This document shows, in pieces, positions 31,993 through 42,049 of a stretch of DNA of 64,000 nt (position 1 is the stretch's first letter; each line of letters begins with the position of its first letter). The DNA is from an uncultured Clostridia bacterium. Its GTDB lineage: Bacteria > Bacillota > Clostridia > Christensenellales > UBA3700. A program made the translations under genes and the position numbers. The stretch spans positions 8,379-72,378 of the forward strand of contig CALWHM010000004.1 in the NCBI GenBank assembly GCA_944380395.1, given 5' to 3'. The notes below the pieces were generated by a model. It was not told the origin of the DNA. It did no database searches and saw nothing but the letters and a program-made list of their open reading frames with translations.

Positions 31993-32666
31993 TATTTTTT
32001 CTCCAAAAGATCGGGGCGCCTCTCGCGCGTTATCTCCAACTGTTTTTCGCGCCGCCATTTGGCTATTGCGGCATGATCGCCCGAAAGCAGCACTTCCGGC
32101 ACTTCCCTCCCCAAATATTCCCTGGGGCGGGTATATTGAGGATACTCCAAAAGTCCGTCCGAAAAGCTCTCCTCATCCGTGGACTGTTCGCTGCCCAACA
32201 CGCCTTTTACATAGCGCGCGCAGGCATTTATAAGCACCATCGCGGGCAGCTCTCCGCCCGTGAGCACATAGTCGCCTATGGATATCTCTTCGTCTATATC
32301 CTCGTCTATAACGCGCTGATCCACACCCTCGTAATTGCCGCAGAGTATGAGCAGTCTTTCGCACTTTGCCAGCCTGAGCACGGTTGCCTGATCCAACGTT
32401 TTGCCCTTAGGCGACATATATATGCGCAGTGCGGACCTGTCCGGGTCGAGCGCCCTTATCGTATCGTGTATCGGCTGGGGCGTCATCACCATTCCCGCGC
32501 CGCCGCCGAAGGGCGTATCGTCGCACTTGCCGTGCTTATCCGCCGTGTATTCGCGGATATTGACGGCGTTCACGCTTATCAAGCCGCGCTCTATCGCCTT
32601 ACCGATAACGCCGCACTTCAAACTTTCAAACATTTCTGGGAAAAGTGTGGCAACGTCAATCCTCAT
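31992..32666 (-). CDS. trmD: tRNA (guanine37-N1)-methyltransferase
   Basis: I prefer ATG 32666 (MRIDVATLFPEMF, the canonical TrmD N-terminus), which is preceded by GGAGGTGG. The ORF-track start at 32696 is an upstream extension. Confidence 0.93.
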   Translation of the reverse strand: MRIDVATLFPEMFESLKCGVIGKAIERGLISVNAVNIREYTADKHGKCDDTPFGGGAGMVMTPQPIHDTIRALDPDRSALRIYMSPKGKTLDQATVLRLAKCERLLILCGNYEGVDQRVIDEDIDEEISIGDYVLTGGELPAMVLINACARYVKGVLGSEQSTDEESFSDGLLEYPQYTRPREYLGREVPEVLLSGDHAAIAKWRREKQLEITRERRPDLLEKK

Positions 32667-33165
32667 AAAGCGCCACCTCCGCCAACTTTTCCGCATTCAG
32701 ATAAATTTCGCCCTTCTCCACATCTATCTTTTCTATCACTTCTTTCAAAGCGGGAAAAGCAATGCTACCGCCCTTATCCAAAGAGGCGGTATATATATCC
32801 GTGGCGGAATATTGCAAAACGTCTTTTACGGTGCCGTAAGGCTTGCCGTTTCTTATCAGTCGGCAGCCGATGATATCGGCGATAAAGTATCTGTCTTGAG
32901 GAAGAGGCACGGCGTCCTGCCTGCTTACGCATATTTCCTTGCCGCGTAAAAGCTCTGCCGCGTTCCTGTCGTTCACGCCGTCAAGTTTGATAAAAACCCC
33001 CGCCGGCGTCACACGCGCAAGAGTGACGGCGTATTCCGCGCCGCCTATCACGACTTTCTTCAAGTCGAAAAAGCGCTTGTTATCGTCGGTCAGAGGGTTT
33101 ACCTTTATCTCGCCCCTGATACCCTGCGGCTTAGCCACGGTTCCGACCGTGACCGTACTTTTCAT
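32656..33165 (-). CDS. rimM: 16S rRNA processing protein RimM
   Basis: 169 aa. Has the VGTVAKPQGIRGEIKV N-terminal motif and a PRC barrel C-terminus. Confidence 0.88.
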   Translation of the reverse strand: MKSTVTVGTVAKPQGIRGEIKVNPLTDDNKRFFDLKKVVIGGAEYAVTLARVTPAGVFIKLDGVNDRNAAELLRGKEICVSRQDAVPLPQDRYFIADIIGCRLIRNGKPYGTVKDVLQYSATDIYTASLDKGGSIAFPALKEVIEKIDVEKGEIYLNAEKLAEVALYED

Positions 33166-33395
33166 TTCTCTATTATATCCACGTAGTACTTACCGCCGGC
33201 GTCCTTGCCTGCCGCTTTGACGAGCATGCGAATAGCTTTTGCTATCCTGCCCTGCTTGCCTATCACCTTTCCTATCTCCTTCTTGTCCACGGTGATGTTA
33301 ATCACGGTGTTTTCACCTTCCTTCACCGTTTGAACGGCAAAGCTGTCCTTGTCGTCCACAAGAGCGGAGATGATGTATTTAACCAACTCTTCCAT
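33162..33395 (-). CDS. KH-domain RNA-binding protein (YlqC family)
   Basis: 77 aa. Has the KH GxxG loop (GKVIGKQGRIAKAIR) and sits between rpsP and rimM. Confidence 0.8.
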   Translation of the reverse strand: MEELVKYIISALVDDKDSFAVQTVKEGENTVINITVDKKEIGKVIGKQGRIAKAIRMLVKAAGKDAGGKYYVDIIEK

Positions 33396-33396
33396 T

Positions 33397-33639
33397 TTAC
33401 TTTATGATGTTCTGCTGCTTAAAAATGCTCCTGACGGTGTCGGTAGGCTGAGCGCCCTTATTCAGCCATTCGGTAGCTTTGGCGGTGTCTACCTTTACGA
33501 CTGCCGGCTCCTTGGTGGGATCATAGTAACCGATGTTGTCGAGATACTGTGCGTCGCGCGCCTTGCGTTCATCGATAGCTACGATGCGGTAGAACGGAGC
33601 CTTCTTGCTGCCCATCCTGGTGAGTCTGATTTTAACCAT
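33397..33639 (-). CDS. rpsP: 30S ribosomal protein S16
   Basis: 80 aa, starting [21 protein letters not shown]. Confidence 0.95.
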   Translation of the reverse strand: MVKIRLTRMGSKKAPFYRIVAIDERKARDAQYLDNIGYYDPTKEPAVVKVDTAKATEWLNKGAQPTDTVRSIFKQQNIIK

Positions 33640-33678
33640 TGTTCTTTCTCCTTTATATAAAAAATTTATTTGTCTTTA

Positions 33679-35004
33679 TCAAAAGGGCATTCTGAACCCG
33701 CGTTTGCCCATATTGGACATACGGCTCATCATCTCCCTTACCTGCGCAAACTGTTTGAGCAGGGAGTTTACGTCCTGTATTGTGGTGCCGCTTCCTGCGG
33801 CTATCCTCTTTTTGTGCGAACCCTTGATGCTGTCCGGATTCTGCCTTTCGTAAGGGGTCATAGACTGTATCATCGCTTTGACCTTTTTCATCTTGCTCTC
33901 GTCTACGCTGATGTCCTGCCCCTTCAATTTATTTGCCATTCCGGGAATCATCCCTATCATCTGCGAAACGTCGCCCATATCCTTCATCTTGTCTATCTGC
34001 GCAAGGTAATCTTCCAAAGTGAAGGTCTTTTCCCTCATCTTGCGCTGCATTTCACGCGCTTCTTCTTCCGTGTAGGCATTCTGCGCTTTTTCTATCAGCG
34101 TGAGCACGTCGCCCATGCCCAATATGCGCGACGCCATTCTGTCGGGATAGAACACTTCTATATCCGAAAGTTTTTCGCCCGTGCCGCAGAATTTGATGGG
34201 TTTGCCCGTCACCGCCCTGATGGAAAGCGCCGCACCGCCGCGAGTATCGCCGTCCAGCTTGGTGAGCACTACGCCCGTCACATCCATCACGTCGTTAAAC
34301 GCTTTTGCCACGTTCACGGCGTCCTGACCCGTCATAGCGTCCACAACCAGCAGTATTTCGTTGGGAGCAAAGGTCTTTTTTAAGCCGGATATTTCGTCCA
34401 TCAGCTGCTCATCGATATGCAGTCTGCCCGCCGTATCGACTATGAGCACGTCGTAACCTTTAGACTCCGCTTCTTTAAGCGCGCCTTTGACTATCTTCTG
34501 CGGATCTATCTGCCCCATTTCAAACACGGGGACGTCCGCGCTTTTACCCACCACCTGCAACTGTTTGATGGCTGCCGGGCGATATATGTCGCATGCGACC
34601 AAAAGCGGCTTTTTGCCCTGCTTTCTGAGCATAACGGCAAGTTTTCCGCACATCGTCGTCTTTCCGCCGCCTTGCAGACCGCACATCAAAATTATCGTGG
34701 GCGGCTTGTCCGCGATCGCAAGTTTGGAAGAGCCTCCGCCCATTACGGCTGTCAGCTCATCCCTGACTATCGCAATGACCTGCTGCGCGGGAGAAAGGCT
34801 TTTGAGCACCTGCTCTCCCACCGCTTTTTCACTTACGTTATTGATAAATTGCTTTACCACCGATAAATTGACGTCGGCTTCAAGCAAAGCTATGCGCACT
34901 TCGCGCATTGCGCTTTTTACTTCCAGCTCGGTAAGTTTACCCTTATCCTTCAGTTTGGAAAATATGTGTGACAGTCTTTCACTAAGTCCGCTGAATGCGC
35001 CCAT
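33679..35004 (-). CDS. ffh: signal recognition particle protein Ffh
   Basis: 441 aa. The NG domain carries GLQGGGKTT and DTAGR, and the M domain is Met-rich. Confidence 0.95.
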   Translation of the reverse strand: MGAFSGLSERLSHIFSKLKDKGKLTELEVKSAMREVRIALLEADVNLSVVKQFINNVSEKAVGEQVLKSLSPAQQVIAIVRDELTAVMGGGSSKLAIADKPPTIILMCGLQGGGKTTMCGKLAVMLRKQGKKPLLVACDIYRPAAIKQLQVVGKSADVPVFEMGQIDPQKIVKGALKEAESKGYDVLIVDTAGRLHIDEQLMDEISGLKKTFAPNEILLVVDAMTGQDAVNVAKAFNDVMDVTGVVLTKLDGDTRGGAALSIRAVTGKPIKFCGTGEKLSDIEVFYPDRMASRILGMGDVLTLIEKAQNAYTEEEAREMQRKMREKTFTLEDYLAQIDKMKDMGDVSQMIGMIPGMANKLKGQDISVDESKMKKVKAMIQSMTPYERQNPDSIKGSHKKRIAAGSGTTIQDVNSLLKQFAQVREMMSRMSNMGKRGFRMPF

Positions 35005-35016
35005 CTGTTCTCCTTA

Positions 35017-35346
35017 TCAATTATCCAAAAGGTCTCTTGCCTTCTTCACTATATGCGCCACCCGCTCTCCGCCTACGCTTTCCATTTCGTCGAGCAATGC
35101 GCGCAACTTATCCGATCTCTCCACCACTTTCAGTTTGCGTTCCGCCTCAATCAACGTGCGTTCGGCGCGTTTGAGAGTGTCCGAAACCCCTTGGGGGGAT
35201 ATCGAGTGTATATCGGCTATTTCCCCGAGCGACATATCGCGATTGTAGTACATATCCACAAGTTCGCGCTGATAATCGGTGAGCAAAGCCCCGTAATAGT
35301 CGTTATATAATCCGATATACAGTTTATCCTTCTTTTCCATAGCCAT
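35017..35346 (-). CDS. ylxM: UPF0122 / YlxM putative helix-turn-helix protein
   Basis: It lies upstream of ffh and has a sigma-70 region-4-like HTH (DMSLGEIADIHSISPQGVSDTLKRAERTL). I prefer ATG 35346 or 35340, because the longer ORF-track start (35475) would lie upstream of the promoter and terminator mapped at 35383-35465. Confidence 0.8.
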   Translation of the reverse strand: MAMEKKDKLYIGLYNDYYGALLTDYQRELVDMYYNRDMSLGEIADIHSISPQGVSDTLKRAERTLIEAERKLKVVERSDKLRALLDEMESVGGERVAHIVKKARDLLDN

Positions 35347-35382
35347 CAAGTAAAAATACTTGTTAAAGCATTTTTCATTTAT

Positions 35383-35411
35383 ATTATACACACGGAATAT
35401 ATGCCTGTCAA
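35383..35411 (-). promoter_or_regulatory. perfect-consensus sigma-A promoter of the ylxM-ffh-rpsP... operon
   Basis: The minus strand reads TTGACA-17 nt-TATAAT. Confidence 0.75.
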
Positions 35412-35429
35412 CGATTTTGCAAAGGTTTT

Positions 35430-35465
35430 GCGTGAAATCAAATACAATCGCGTGCGACCGCACGC
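35430..35465 (-). terminator. rho-independent terminator after ftsY and the small ORF
   Basis: The minus strand reads GCGTGC-ggtc-GCACGC, followed by GATTGTATTTGATTT. Confidence 0.6.
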
Positions 35466-35492
35466 ATAACTGCAAACTCGAATTTAAAAACG

Positions 35493-35678
35493 TTATTTAG
35501 GTTTATTGACGAACTCTATCTCAAGTTTTTCCTCCGCAGTGAGCGTATCCAACGAAACCGCTATCTTGTAGCGGTAAAGCATCATAAAAGTGCCGATCTC
35601 TTTGCCTATCTTGTATTCGGAGGTCAACAGCACCTTGACGAAAGACGTATTCGCTTCAAATCTCGCTTCTTCGTCCAC
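35493..35678 (-). CDS. hypothetical 61-aa protein (weak call)
   Basis: The ORF lies between ftsY and the terminator and has G/C-rich third positions like its neighbours. However, it has a GTG start, no convincing SD and no recognisable motif. Confidence 0.3.
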   Translation of the reverse strand: MDEEARFEANTSFVKVLLTSEYKIGKEIGTFMMLYRYKIAVSLDTLTAEEKLEIEFVNKPK

Positions 35679-35715
35679 CTAACAAGTTGCTCAACATTGT
35701 CGGTATTACGGCTTT

Positions 35716-36612
35716 TTACTCGAATATGGAATCTATAAAAGTACGCGCGTCGAAAGGCGCAAGGTCGTCTATCTTTTCGCCTACTCCCACGAATATGACG
35801 GGCAGTTCGCGCTCCGCGGAGATGGCGAACACAACTCCGCCCTTGGCGGTTCCGTCCATTTTATTCAATATTATGCCGTCTACGTCTATTATCTCATCGA
35901 ACGCTTCCACCTGAGAAAGCGCGTTTTGTCCCGTAGTGGCGTCCAGCACGATATATGTGCGGTAATCGGCTTCGGGACACTCCCTTTCCACAACCTTATT
36001 TATCTTGGAAAGTTCGTTCATCAGATTCTTCTTGTTCTGCAGCCTGCCGGCAGTGTCTATAAGTACCACGTCCGTGCCCTTTGCTTTTGCCGATGAGAGC
36101 GCGTCGAATACCACCGCCGCGGGGTCAGAGCCTTCCTCATGCTTGATAAGGCGCACTCCGGCGCGCTGTGCCCACACTTCCAGCTGCTCTCCCGCAGCCG
36201 CTCTGAATGTGTCGGCAGCCGCCATAACAACGCTTTTTCCGTTATCCTTAAAGTATTTCGCCAACTTTCCGATCGCGGTAGTCTTGCCCACGCCGTTCAC
36301 GCCCGCAACAAGTATTATCAAGGGGTACTCGTACGGAGCAACCTCGTAATCTATACTCTCGACCATTATGTCTTTCAGCAGTTCGCGCGCGTCGTCCGCC
36401 TTGGCTATGCGCCTTTCAAAACATTCGTCCTTAAAGCGCTCCAATATCTGTTCGGCGGCTTCCACTCCCAAATCCGAAGAGATGAGCACGCTTTCCAATT
36501 CGTCGAAAAATTCGTCGTCAAGCGCCCTGCCCGTAAACAGCGAATAAAACTTTTTTGCTATGGCTTCTTTTGTCTTTTTCAGACCTTGTGCAAGTTTACC
36601 GAATATTCCCAT
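35716..36612 (-). CDS. ftsY: signal recognition particle receptor FtsY (short form, NG domain only)
   Basis: 298 aa with GVNGVGKTT, DTAGR and LNKMD motifs. Confidence 0.93.
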   Translation of the reverse strand: MGIFGKLAQGLKKTKEAIAKKFYSLFTGRALDDEFFDELESVLISSDLGVEAAEQILERFKDECFERRIAKADDARELLKDIMVESIDYEVAPYEYPLIILVAGVNGVGKTTAIGKLAKYFKDNGKSVVMAAADTFRAAAGEQLEVWAQRAGVRLIKHEEGSDPAAVVFDALSSAKAKGTDVVLIDTAGRLQNKKNLMNELSKINKVVERECPEADYRTYIVLDATTGQNALSQVEAFDEIIDVDGIILNKMDGTAKGGVVFAISAERELPVIFVGVGEKIDDLAPFDARTFIDSIFE

Positions 36613-36621
36613 TTATCCACC

Positions 36622-39600
36622 TCATTCGGAAGAGCTGTGTTTAACAGCTTCTTTCAGCGATACGGACACGACGTCGGAAACGCCCAACTCCTGCATTGTC
36701 ACGCCGTAAAGCATATCCGCCTGCTCCATTGTAGGCTTGCGGTGCGTTATAACTATAAATTGTGTGCTGTCGGAAAATCTCTTCAAGTAGCGCGCGAACA
36801 GATCCACGTTGCTCTCGTCCAAAGCCGCATCTATTTCGTCCAAAATGCAGAACGGCATGGGGCGCAGGCGCAAAATGGCAAACAATATACATATCGCGGT
36901 AAAAGCCTGCTCTCCGCCCGAAAGCTGTGAAAGGTTGCGCAAATTCTTGCCCGGAGGCTCCGCATATATCTCAATGCCCGCTTCCAACGGATCTTCCGCG
37001 CTGTCCAAATCCACTTCAAGCCTTCCCGTACCGCCGCCGAACATCTCTGAGAAAATGGTCTGGAAGTTGGAATTTATCTTCTTGAACTCCCTGTCAAACC
37101 TCTCGCTCATCTCCTTGCTGAGCGTGGCGATTATCTCCAAAATATCCGACTGCGCCTTGCGCATATCGTCGCGCTGTGCGGCAAGTTCGTCATGCCTGCC
37201 CTGCACTTCTTTATACATATCGATGGATTCAAGACTCACCGGTCCAAGTTTGGACATTGCGCGCCTTAATTTTGTTATCTCTCCCACTGCTTTTTCGTGA
37301 TCGAAATCGGCACGACGGAAGCGCACTGCGCCCGCATAATCCAACTCGTATTCCTCAGCGATATGCACGCGCATCTCTTCGGCGTCTTCGTCTATCTTCT
37401 GCATCTTCGCTTCCTGCCTGACCTTTTCCTCATTTGCGGAAATAAGGCTCTTGGTCAAGCCGTCCTTATGCACAAGCAGCGCCGCGATATCCTCATCCAA
37501 TTTGGCTTTATATTCGTCCAGCTTGGATATCTTGTCCTTTATCTCCGTCTGGCGCTTTCTGTCCTCCGCGCTCACAACGGCGTTATCTATATCCGATTCC
37601 GTCTGTTTTATCTTGTCTTCCGTATCCGAAAGCGCCCTTCTTATGGCAGAATGCTCTTCTTTGAGCGCCGCTATCTCGCCCTCAAGTCTGGTTATGGCTT
37701 CGGAGTGGGTGTTGACGGCGTTTTCCAAGTTATTCAGTTCCACGCGGAGTTCCGTGAGCTGGGCGGAAAGCTGTTTGCTGCGTTCGCGCATTTTGGCATA
37801 GCCCGCTCTGCGTTCTTTTTCCGCCGCGTCATCGTGTTCGGGCATCTCTTTACCCGTATCCACGCTTTCCAAAGCGCTGTTGATAAGGCTTATCCTGCTT
37901 CTGATATTTTCGCGCGCCTGCGTTTTTGCGGTCAAGGAAGCGGAAAGCTCGTCGCACTTCCCGGCGGCTTTTTCCAACTTCTGCGTGGCTGTGGCAAGAT
38001 CCACCTCCGCATTGCGAAAATCTTCGTCAAACACTTTGAGCTGTTCTTGAAGTTCGTCCGCTTCTTCCTGCGCTGCTTTATATGCGGAAACGGCTTTTTC
38101 GTGTTCGCGCTTCAGCTTTTCAGCGTTGTCCCTGTATTCCTGCAAAGTGCGCTCGTGTCCGAACACGTTCGCCATGGCAGATCTGTTCATAGATCCGCCG
38201 CTTATAGCGCCCGTAGTGTTCAGCATTTCGCCTTCAAGAGTGACAATGCGCACCCCGTAAGAATATCTGCGGGCGGCGGCTATCGCGTCGTCCATATTAT
38301 CGAACACCACGGTGCTGCCCAACAGACCGCTGACAATACTGTCGTACTTTTTATCGAAAGAAACCAGCTTGGAAGCCTCTCCCAAGCAGCCTCTTTCCCG
38401 CAAAATGCCCGCATAACGCGCGTCCAAATCCCTTCTTTTGTAGCTGGTTAGCGGCAAGAAAGTTACTGAAGCAAGCCCGTTTGTTTTCAAATATCTTATC
38501 AGATACTTGGCGTCCTCTTCGTTTTCCGTGACCACGTTTTGCACGGATCCGCCCAAAGCCACCGTCATGGCGGTTTCATACTTGGCGGGAACTTTGATTA
38601 TATCCGCCACCACGCCCTCTATGTGCGAAGCAAGCTCATCGTTGTGTTTTGCCGCCATCATAAGGCGCTTTACCGAATCGCGGAAATTGGAGTAATCCCT
38701 GCTGTAATCGGCAAGCAATTTTATTCTGGACTCCAAACCGCTCAAGTTCGCCTGGATGTCAACCGCCGCCGTGCGGTATTTTTCCGCCTTTGCGTTGGCT
38801 TCACGCAGAGAAAACATTATTTCATTGCGGGAAGAAGCAAGTCTGTCGCGCTGTTTTGTCAGCTTTTGCACGTTGCTCTCCAATGCCAGCCTGCTCTCTT
38901 CCGCCTGCTTCAGCTCGCCTTTTATATCCGTCATCTCATCGCTGAGTTCGTCCTCGCGCTCCGTGAGCGTGTCGCGTTCGGCGGTGAGTTTTCCGTAATT
39001 CTCCTTTATATCGGCAATGCTCGCCATGGTTTTGAGCAACTCGTCATTGCGGCTTTCCATTTCGCGCTCGCCTTCCGTCAGCTTTGCAAGCAGTTCTTCG
39101 TATTCCTTATCCAACTCGTCGTGCTCCGCCTGCACTTCGGCTTTTTCTTCCTTAGCCATATTAAGCTGCGAAACATGATAAGTATGCTGCTGATCCTTGC
39201 TTTCTATCTCGTCTTCTATGGTCACAAGGCGACTTTCCGCTTCCTTTCTGTTGGAAGTCAAATGCGCCATACGTTCGGACAGCGTGTTGCCCTCGCCGCG
39301 CTTGCTCTCCGCCGCAACAGCAAGTTCTGTAAGTTCGTCGCGCAGACGGGAAATATACACGTCCGTGTTATTCCTGTCCATAGTCATACGCGAATACTTT
39401 TTATCCGCTTCTTCCTGCTCCGTGGTCAAGCTTTCCAACTGTGCGGATATGGAATCAAGTTCCGCCTGCACCTGCGCTTTTTGATCGGCATTATGTTCGT
39501 ATCCGTATACGAATTCGTTTATCTCCAAATCGCGCAATTCGTCGCGCAGCTGCAAAAATTTCCTTGCGTCGGCGCTCTGCCTTTCCAAAGGTTCCAGCTG

Positions 39601-40203
39601 ACGGTCAAGTTCCTGCAATACTGACTCTATCCTCTGCAAGTTATTCTCCGTCTGTTCAAGCTTGGACTGTGCCTCCTTCTTACGCTTTTTATGCGTGGAA
39701 ATACCTGCTGCGTCTTCAAAAATAGCCCTTCTGTCCACGGGTTTTGCATTGATTATCTCCGAAACTCTGCCCTGACCGATAATGCTGTAACCTTCCTTAC
39801 CCAAACCCGTATTGCGGATTATTTCTTGAATATCCCTCAAACGGCATTGCGTATCGTTTATGTAATACTCGCTTTCGCCCGAGCGGAACAGCTTACGCGT
39901 TATCTTGACTTCATCGAAAGCAAGTGTGGGAAAAAGTTTGTCCTTATTGTCAAAATAAAGAGATACTTCCGCAAACGACATAGACTTTCTCATCTTTGTG
40001 CCGTTGAAGATGACGTCCTGCATACTCTTTCCGCGCAAAGCCTTGGCGCTCTGCTCGCCGAGCACCCAGCGCACCGCGTCCGCAACATTGCTCTTGCCGC
40101 ATCCGTTGGGTCCGACGATACCCGTAATACCGTCGTTTATTTCAATTTTTTTACGGTCCGCAAAGGACTTGAAACCGAAAACCTCTATTTTCTTAAAATT
40201 CAA
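36622..40203 (-). CDS. smc: chromosome partition protein Smc
   Basis: 1193 aa. Has Walker A GPNGCGKSN, long coiled coils, a hinge, and the C-terminal signature LSGGE plus Walker B ILDEIDAALD. It uses a TTG start with an AGGAG upstream. Confidence 0.95.
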   Translation of the reverse strand: MNFKKIEVFGFKSFADRKKIEINDGITGIVGPNGCGKSNVADAVRWVLGEQSAKALRGKSMQDVIFNGTKMRKSMSFAEVSLYFDNKDKLFPTLAFDEVKITRKLFRSGESEYYINDTQCRLRDIQEIIRNTGLGKEGYSIIGQGRVSEIINAKPVDRRAIFEDAAGISTHKKRKKEAQSKLEQTENNLQRIESVLQELDRQLEPLERQSADARKFLQLRDELRDLEINEFVYGYEHNADQKAQVQAELDSISAQLESLTTEQEEADKKYSRMTMDRNNTDVYISRLRDELTELAVAAESKRGEGNTLSERMAHLTSNRKEAESRLVTIEDEIESKDQQHTYHVSQLNMAKEEKAEVQAEHDELDKEYEELLAKLTEGEREMESRNDELLKTMASIADIKENYGKLTAERDTLTEREDELSDEMTDIKGELKQAEESRLALESNVQKLTKQRDRLASSRNEIMFSLREANAKAEKYRTAAVDIQANLSGLESRIKLLADYSRDYSNFRDSVKRLMMAAKHNDELASHIEGVVADIIKVPAKYETAMTVALGGSVQNVVTENEEDAKYLIRYLKTNGLASVTFLPLTSYKRRDLDARYAGILRERGCLGEASKLVSFDKKYDSIVSGLLGSTVVFDNMDDAIAAARRYSYGVRIVTLEGEMLNTTGAISGGSMNRSAMANVFGHERTLQEYRDNAEKLKREHEKAVSAYKAAQEEADELQEQLKVFDEDFRNAEVDLATATQKLEKAAGKCDELSASLTAKTQARENIRSRISLINSALESVDTGKEMPEHDDAAEKERRAGYAKMRERSKQLSAQLTELRVELNNLENAVNTHSEAITRLEGEIAALKEEHSAIRRALSDTEDKIKQTESDIDNAVVSAEDRKRQTEIKDKISKLDEYKAKLDEDIAALLVHKDGLTKSLISANEEKVRQEAKMQKIDEDAEEMRVHIAEEYELDYAGAVRFRRADFDHEKAVGEITKLRRAMSKLGPVSLESIDMYKEVQGRHDELAAQRDDMRKAQSDILEIIATLSKEMSERFDREFKKINSNFQTIFSEMFGGGTGRLEVDLDSAEDPLEAGIEIYAEPPGKNLRNLSQLSGGEQAFTAICILFAILRLRPMPFCILDEIDAALDESNVDLFARYLKRFSDSTQFIVITHRKPTMEQADMLYGVTMQELGVSDVVSVSLKEAVKHSSSE

Positions 40204-40324
40204 AATCGGTTGCTCCTAAATATATTATAATTATTATAACAATATAAGCGGCCCCAACGCAAGCGTTTGCGGGTACAAACAGTTCCGGCGCGGCGCGAAT
40301 TTTATCGAATAAACCTTTTTCCCG

Positions 40325-40357
40325 AAAAAATAAAGGACGCCGAATTTACCGACGTCC
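40325..40357 (-). terminator. rho-independent terminator after rnc
   Basis: The minus strand reads GGACGTCGG-taaat-TCGGCGTCC, a 9-bp stem with two G-U pairs, followed by TTTATTTTTT. Confidence 0.7.
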
Positions 40358-40372
40358 GTTATATCGCGCTCC

Positions 40373-41008
40373 TTATTTTCTCGCGCCTTTGAGCGAATTT
40401 ATCGCATTACGCGCGCAGTCGCGCTCCGCAAGTTTTTTTGAAGTTCCCCTGCCTGCGGAAATACGTTTTCCGTTTACTAAAAGTTCCACTTCCACCTCAT
40501 CTTCTCCCGAGCAGATAACGTTGTATTCGTATTGAGGGAAAAGTTCGTTCACTTCGCTCTTATAATCCCGTATATCAGGGTGCGAAGCTATAGCGTCGCC
40601 CACCGTTTTCAGCACGAAATCACGCGCCACGCCCAATCCTCCGTCCACGCACAGCGCGCCTATCACGGATTCGTACACATCGCACACGCGTTTTTCGTTG
40701 AACGGAATATTGGGTGCGCAATCGGAACATTTTTGCAATTCTAGGGCGGCTTTCAATCGGGCAATGGGCTGTTTTGACACCACCGCTTTGCGCATATTGG
40801 TCAGCTCTCCCGCGTCGCTTTCGGGATAAAGCGAATAAAGTCTTTCCGAAACCACCGCGCCCAAAATGCTGTCCCCCAAAAACTCCAAGCGGTCATAGTT
40901 CTCCGCTCCTGTATAAGACGTCATCGACGGGTGTGTGAGCGCGGCTTTTATCACCGACTTGTCGACAAACTTATAACCGGTTATCTCTTCCGCCCTTTCT
41001 ATGTTCAT
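40373..41008 (-). CDS. rnc: ribonuclease III
   Basis: 211 aa. Has the RNase III signature DRLEFLGDSILG and a C-terminal dsRBD. Confidence 0.9.
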   Translation of the reverse strand: MNIERAEEITGYKFVDKSVIKAALTHPSMTSYTGAENYDRLEFLGDSILGAVVSERLYSLYPESDAGELTNMRKAVVSKQPIARLKAALELQKCSDCAPNIPFNEKRVCDVYESVIGALCVDGGLGVARDFVLKTVGDAIASHPDIRDYKSEVNELFPQYEYNVICSGEDEVEVELLVNGKRISAGRGTSKKLAERDCARNAINSLKGARK

Positions 41009-42006
41009 CTGTATTTCAATCCCTGCTCGATCTTTTCGGGTACGCCTGCTTTTGCCATTCCGTGAGCCTTAATGACGGCGTTCATAAACGCCCGGGCTTT
41101 GCCCGAGCCGTGCGTTTTGACCAAAACTTTTTTCATTCCCAGGAAAACGGCTCCGCCCACATCGTCGCTGCTCATCTTATTCTTTACTTTTTTGAGCACG
41201 GGTTTTAAGAGAACGTATCCCAGCTTGGCACGCAGACCGCCCTGCATGATCCCATCTTTGATAAGTCCGAACAGCACGCTGCCCATACCTTCGCTGGCTT
41301 TAATGCCTATATTACCGTTGAAGCCGTCCGCAACTATGACGTCTACGGCGCCCGTGAGCAAATCGCGGCACTCTATATTTCCCACAAAATTTATACCGTT
41401 TATACCGGTAAGCAACCTGTGTGCCGTCCGCGTCTGTTCGTTGCCCTTTTCAGGCTCAGCGCCGTTATTCAAAAGCCCCACCGTGGGGGAAGTTATATTG
41501 AACATTTCGCGCATATATACGCTGCCCATAACGGCAAATTCGCCCAACTGTTCGGGACGGCAGTCTATATTGGCGCCGCCGTCGGCAAGAATTGTGTATG
41601 TTCCTTTCGCGTTGGGCAGAACGGGACAGAGCGCGGCGCGCGTGACCCCTTCGGAAATTCCCAAAATAATGCTGCCGCCCACCAAAAGAGCGCCCGTATT
41701 TGCGGAAGAAACCATGCCGTCCGCCCTGCCTTCACTTAAAAGTTTAAGTCCCACTATAGTGGAAGAGTCCTTCTTGCGCATAACGGCTTTTGAGGGGGAA
41801 TCCGAATTGGTTATCACTTCGGTAGCTCCCGCAACCTCCAGCCTGCCCTTGTCGAACTTGTAATTTTGAAGCAGCGCGTTCAGCTCATCCTCATATCCCG
41901 TGAGGATAACGGTGAGTTCGGGACGTTTGTCAAGCGCGGCAACGGCGCCGGCAACGGCTTCCGCGGGGCAGTAATCGCCCCCGTAACAGTCAATGATTAT
42001 TCTCAT
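41005..42006 (-). CDS. plsX: phosphate acyltransferase PlsX
   Basis: 333 aa with a typical PlsX sequence (MRIIIDCYGGDYCP..., HGSGKARAF). Confidence 0.93.
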   Translation of the reverse strand: MRIIIDCYGGDYCPAEAVAGAVAALDKRPELTVILTGYEDELNALLQNYKFDKGRLEVAGATEVITNSDSPSKAVMRKKDSSTIVGLKLLSEGRADGMVSSANTGALLVGGSIILGISEGVTRAALCPVLPNAKGTYTILADGGANIDCRPEQLGEFAVMGSVYMREMFNITSPTVGLLNNGAEPEKGNEQTRTAHRLLTGINGINFVGNIECRDLLTGAVDVIVADGFNGNIGIKASEGMGSVLFGLIKDGIMQGGLRAKLGYVLLKPVLKKVKNKMSSDDVGGAVFLGMKKVLVKTHGSGKARAFMNAVIKAHGMAKAGVPEKIEQGLKYR

Positions 42007-42015
42007 AAATTCACC

Positions 42016-42049
42016 TTAAAGAAAAGACCGCGCACGCAAGTGCACGGTC
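42016..42049 (-). terminator. hairpin + T-run between rpmF and plsX (terminator or attenuator)
   Basis: The minus strand reads GACCGTGCAC-ttgc-GTGCGCGGTC, a 10-bp stem with one G-U pair, followed by TTTTCTTT. Confidence 0.6.
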
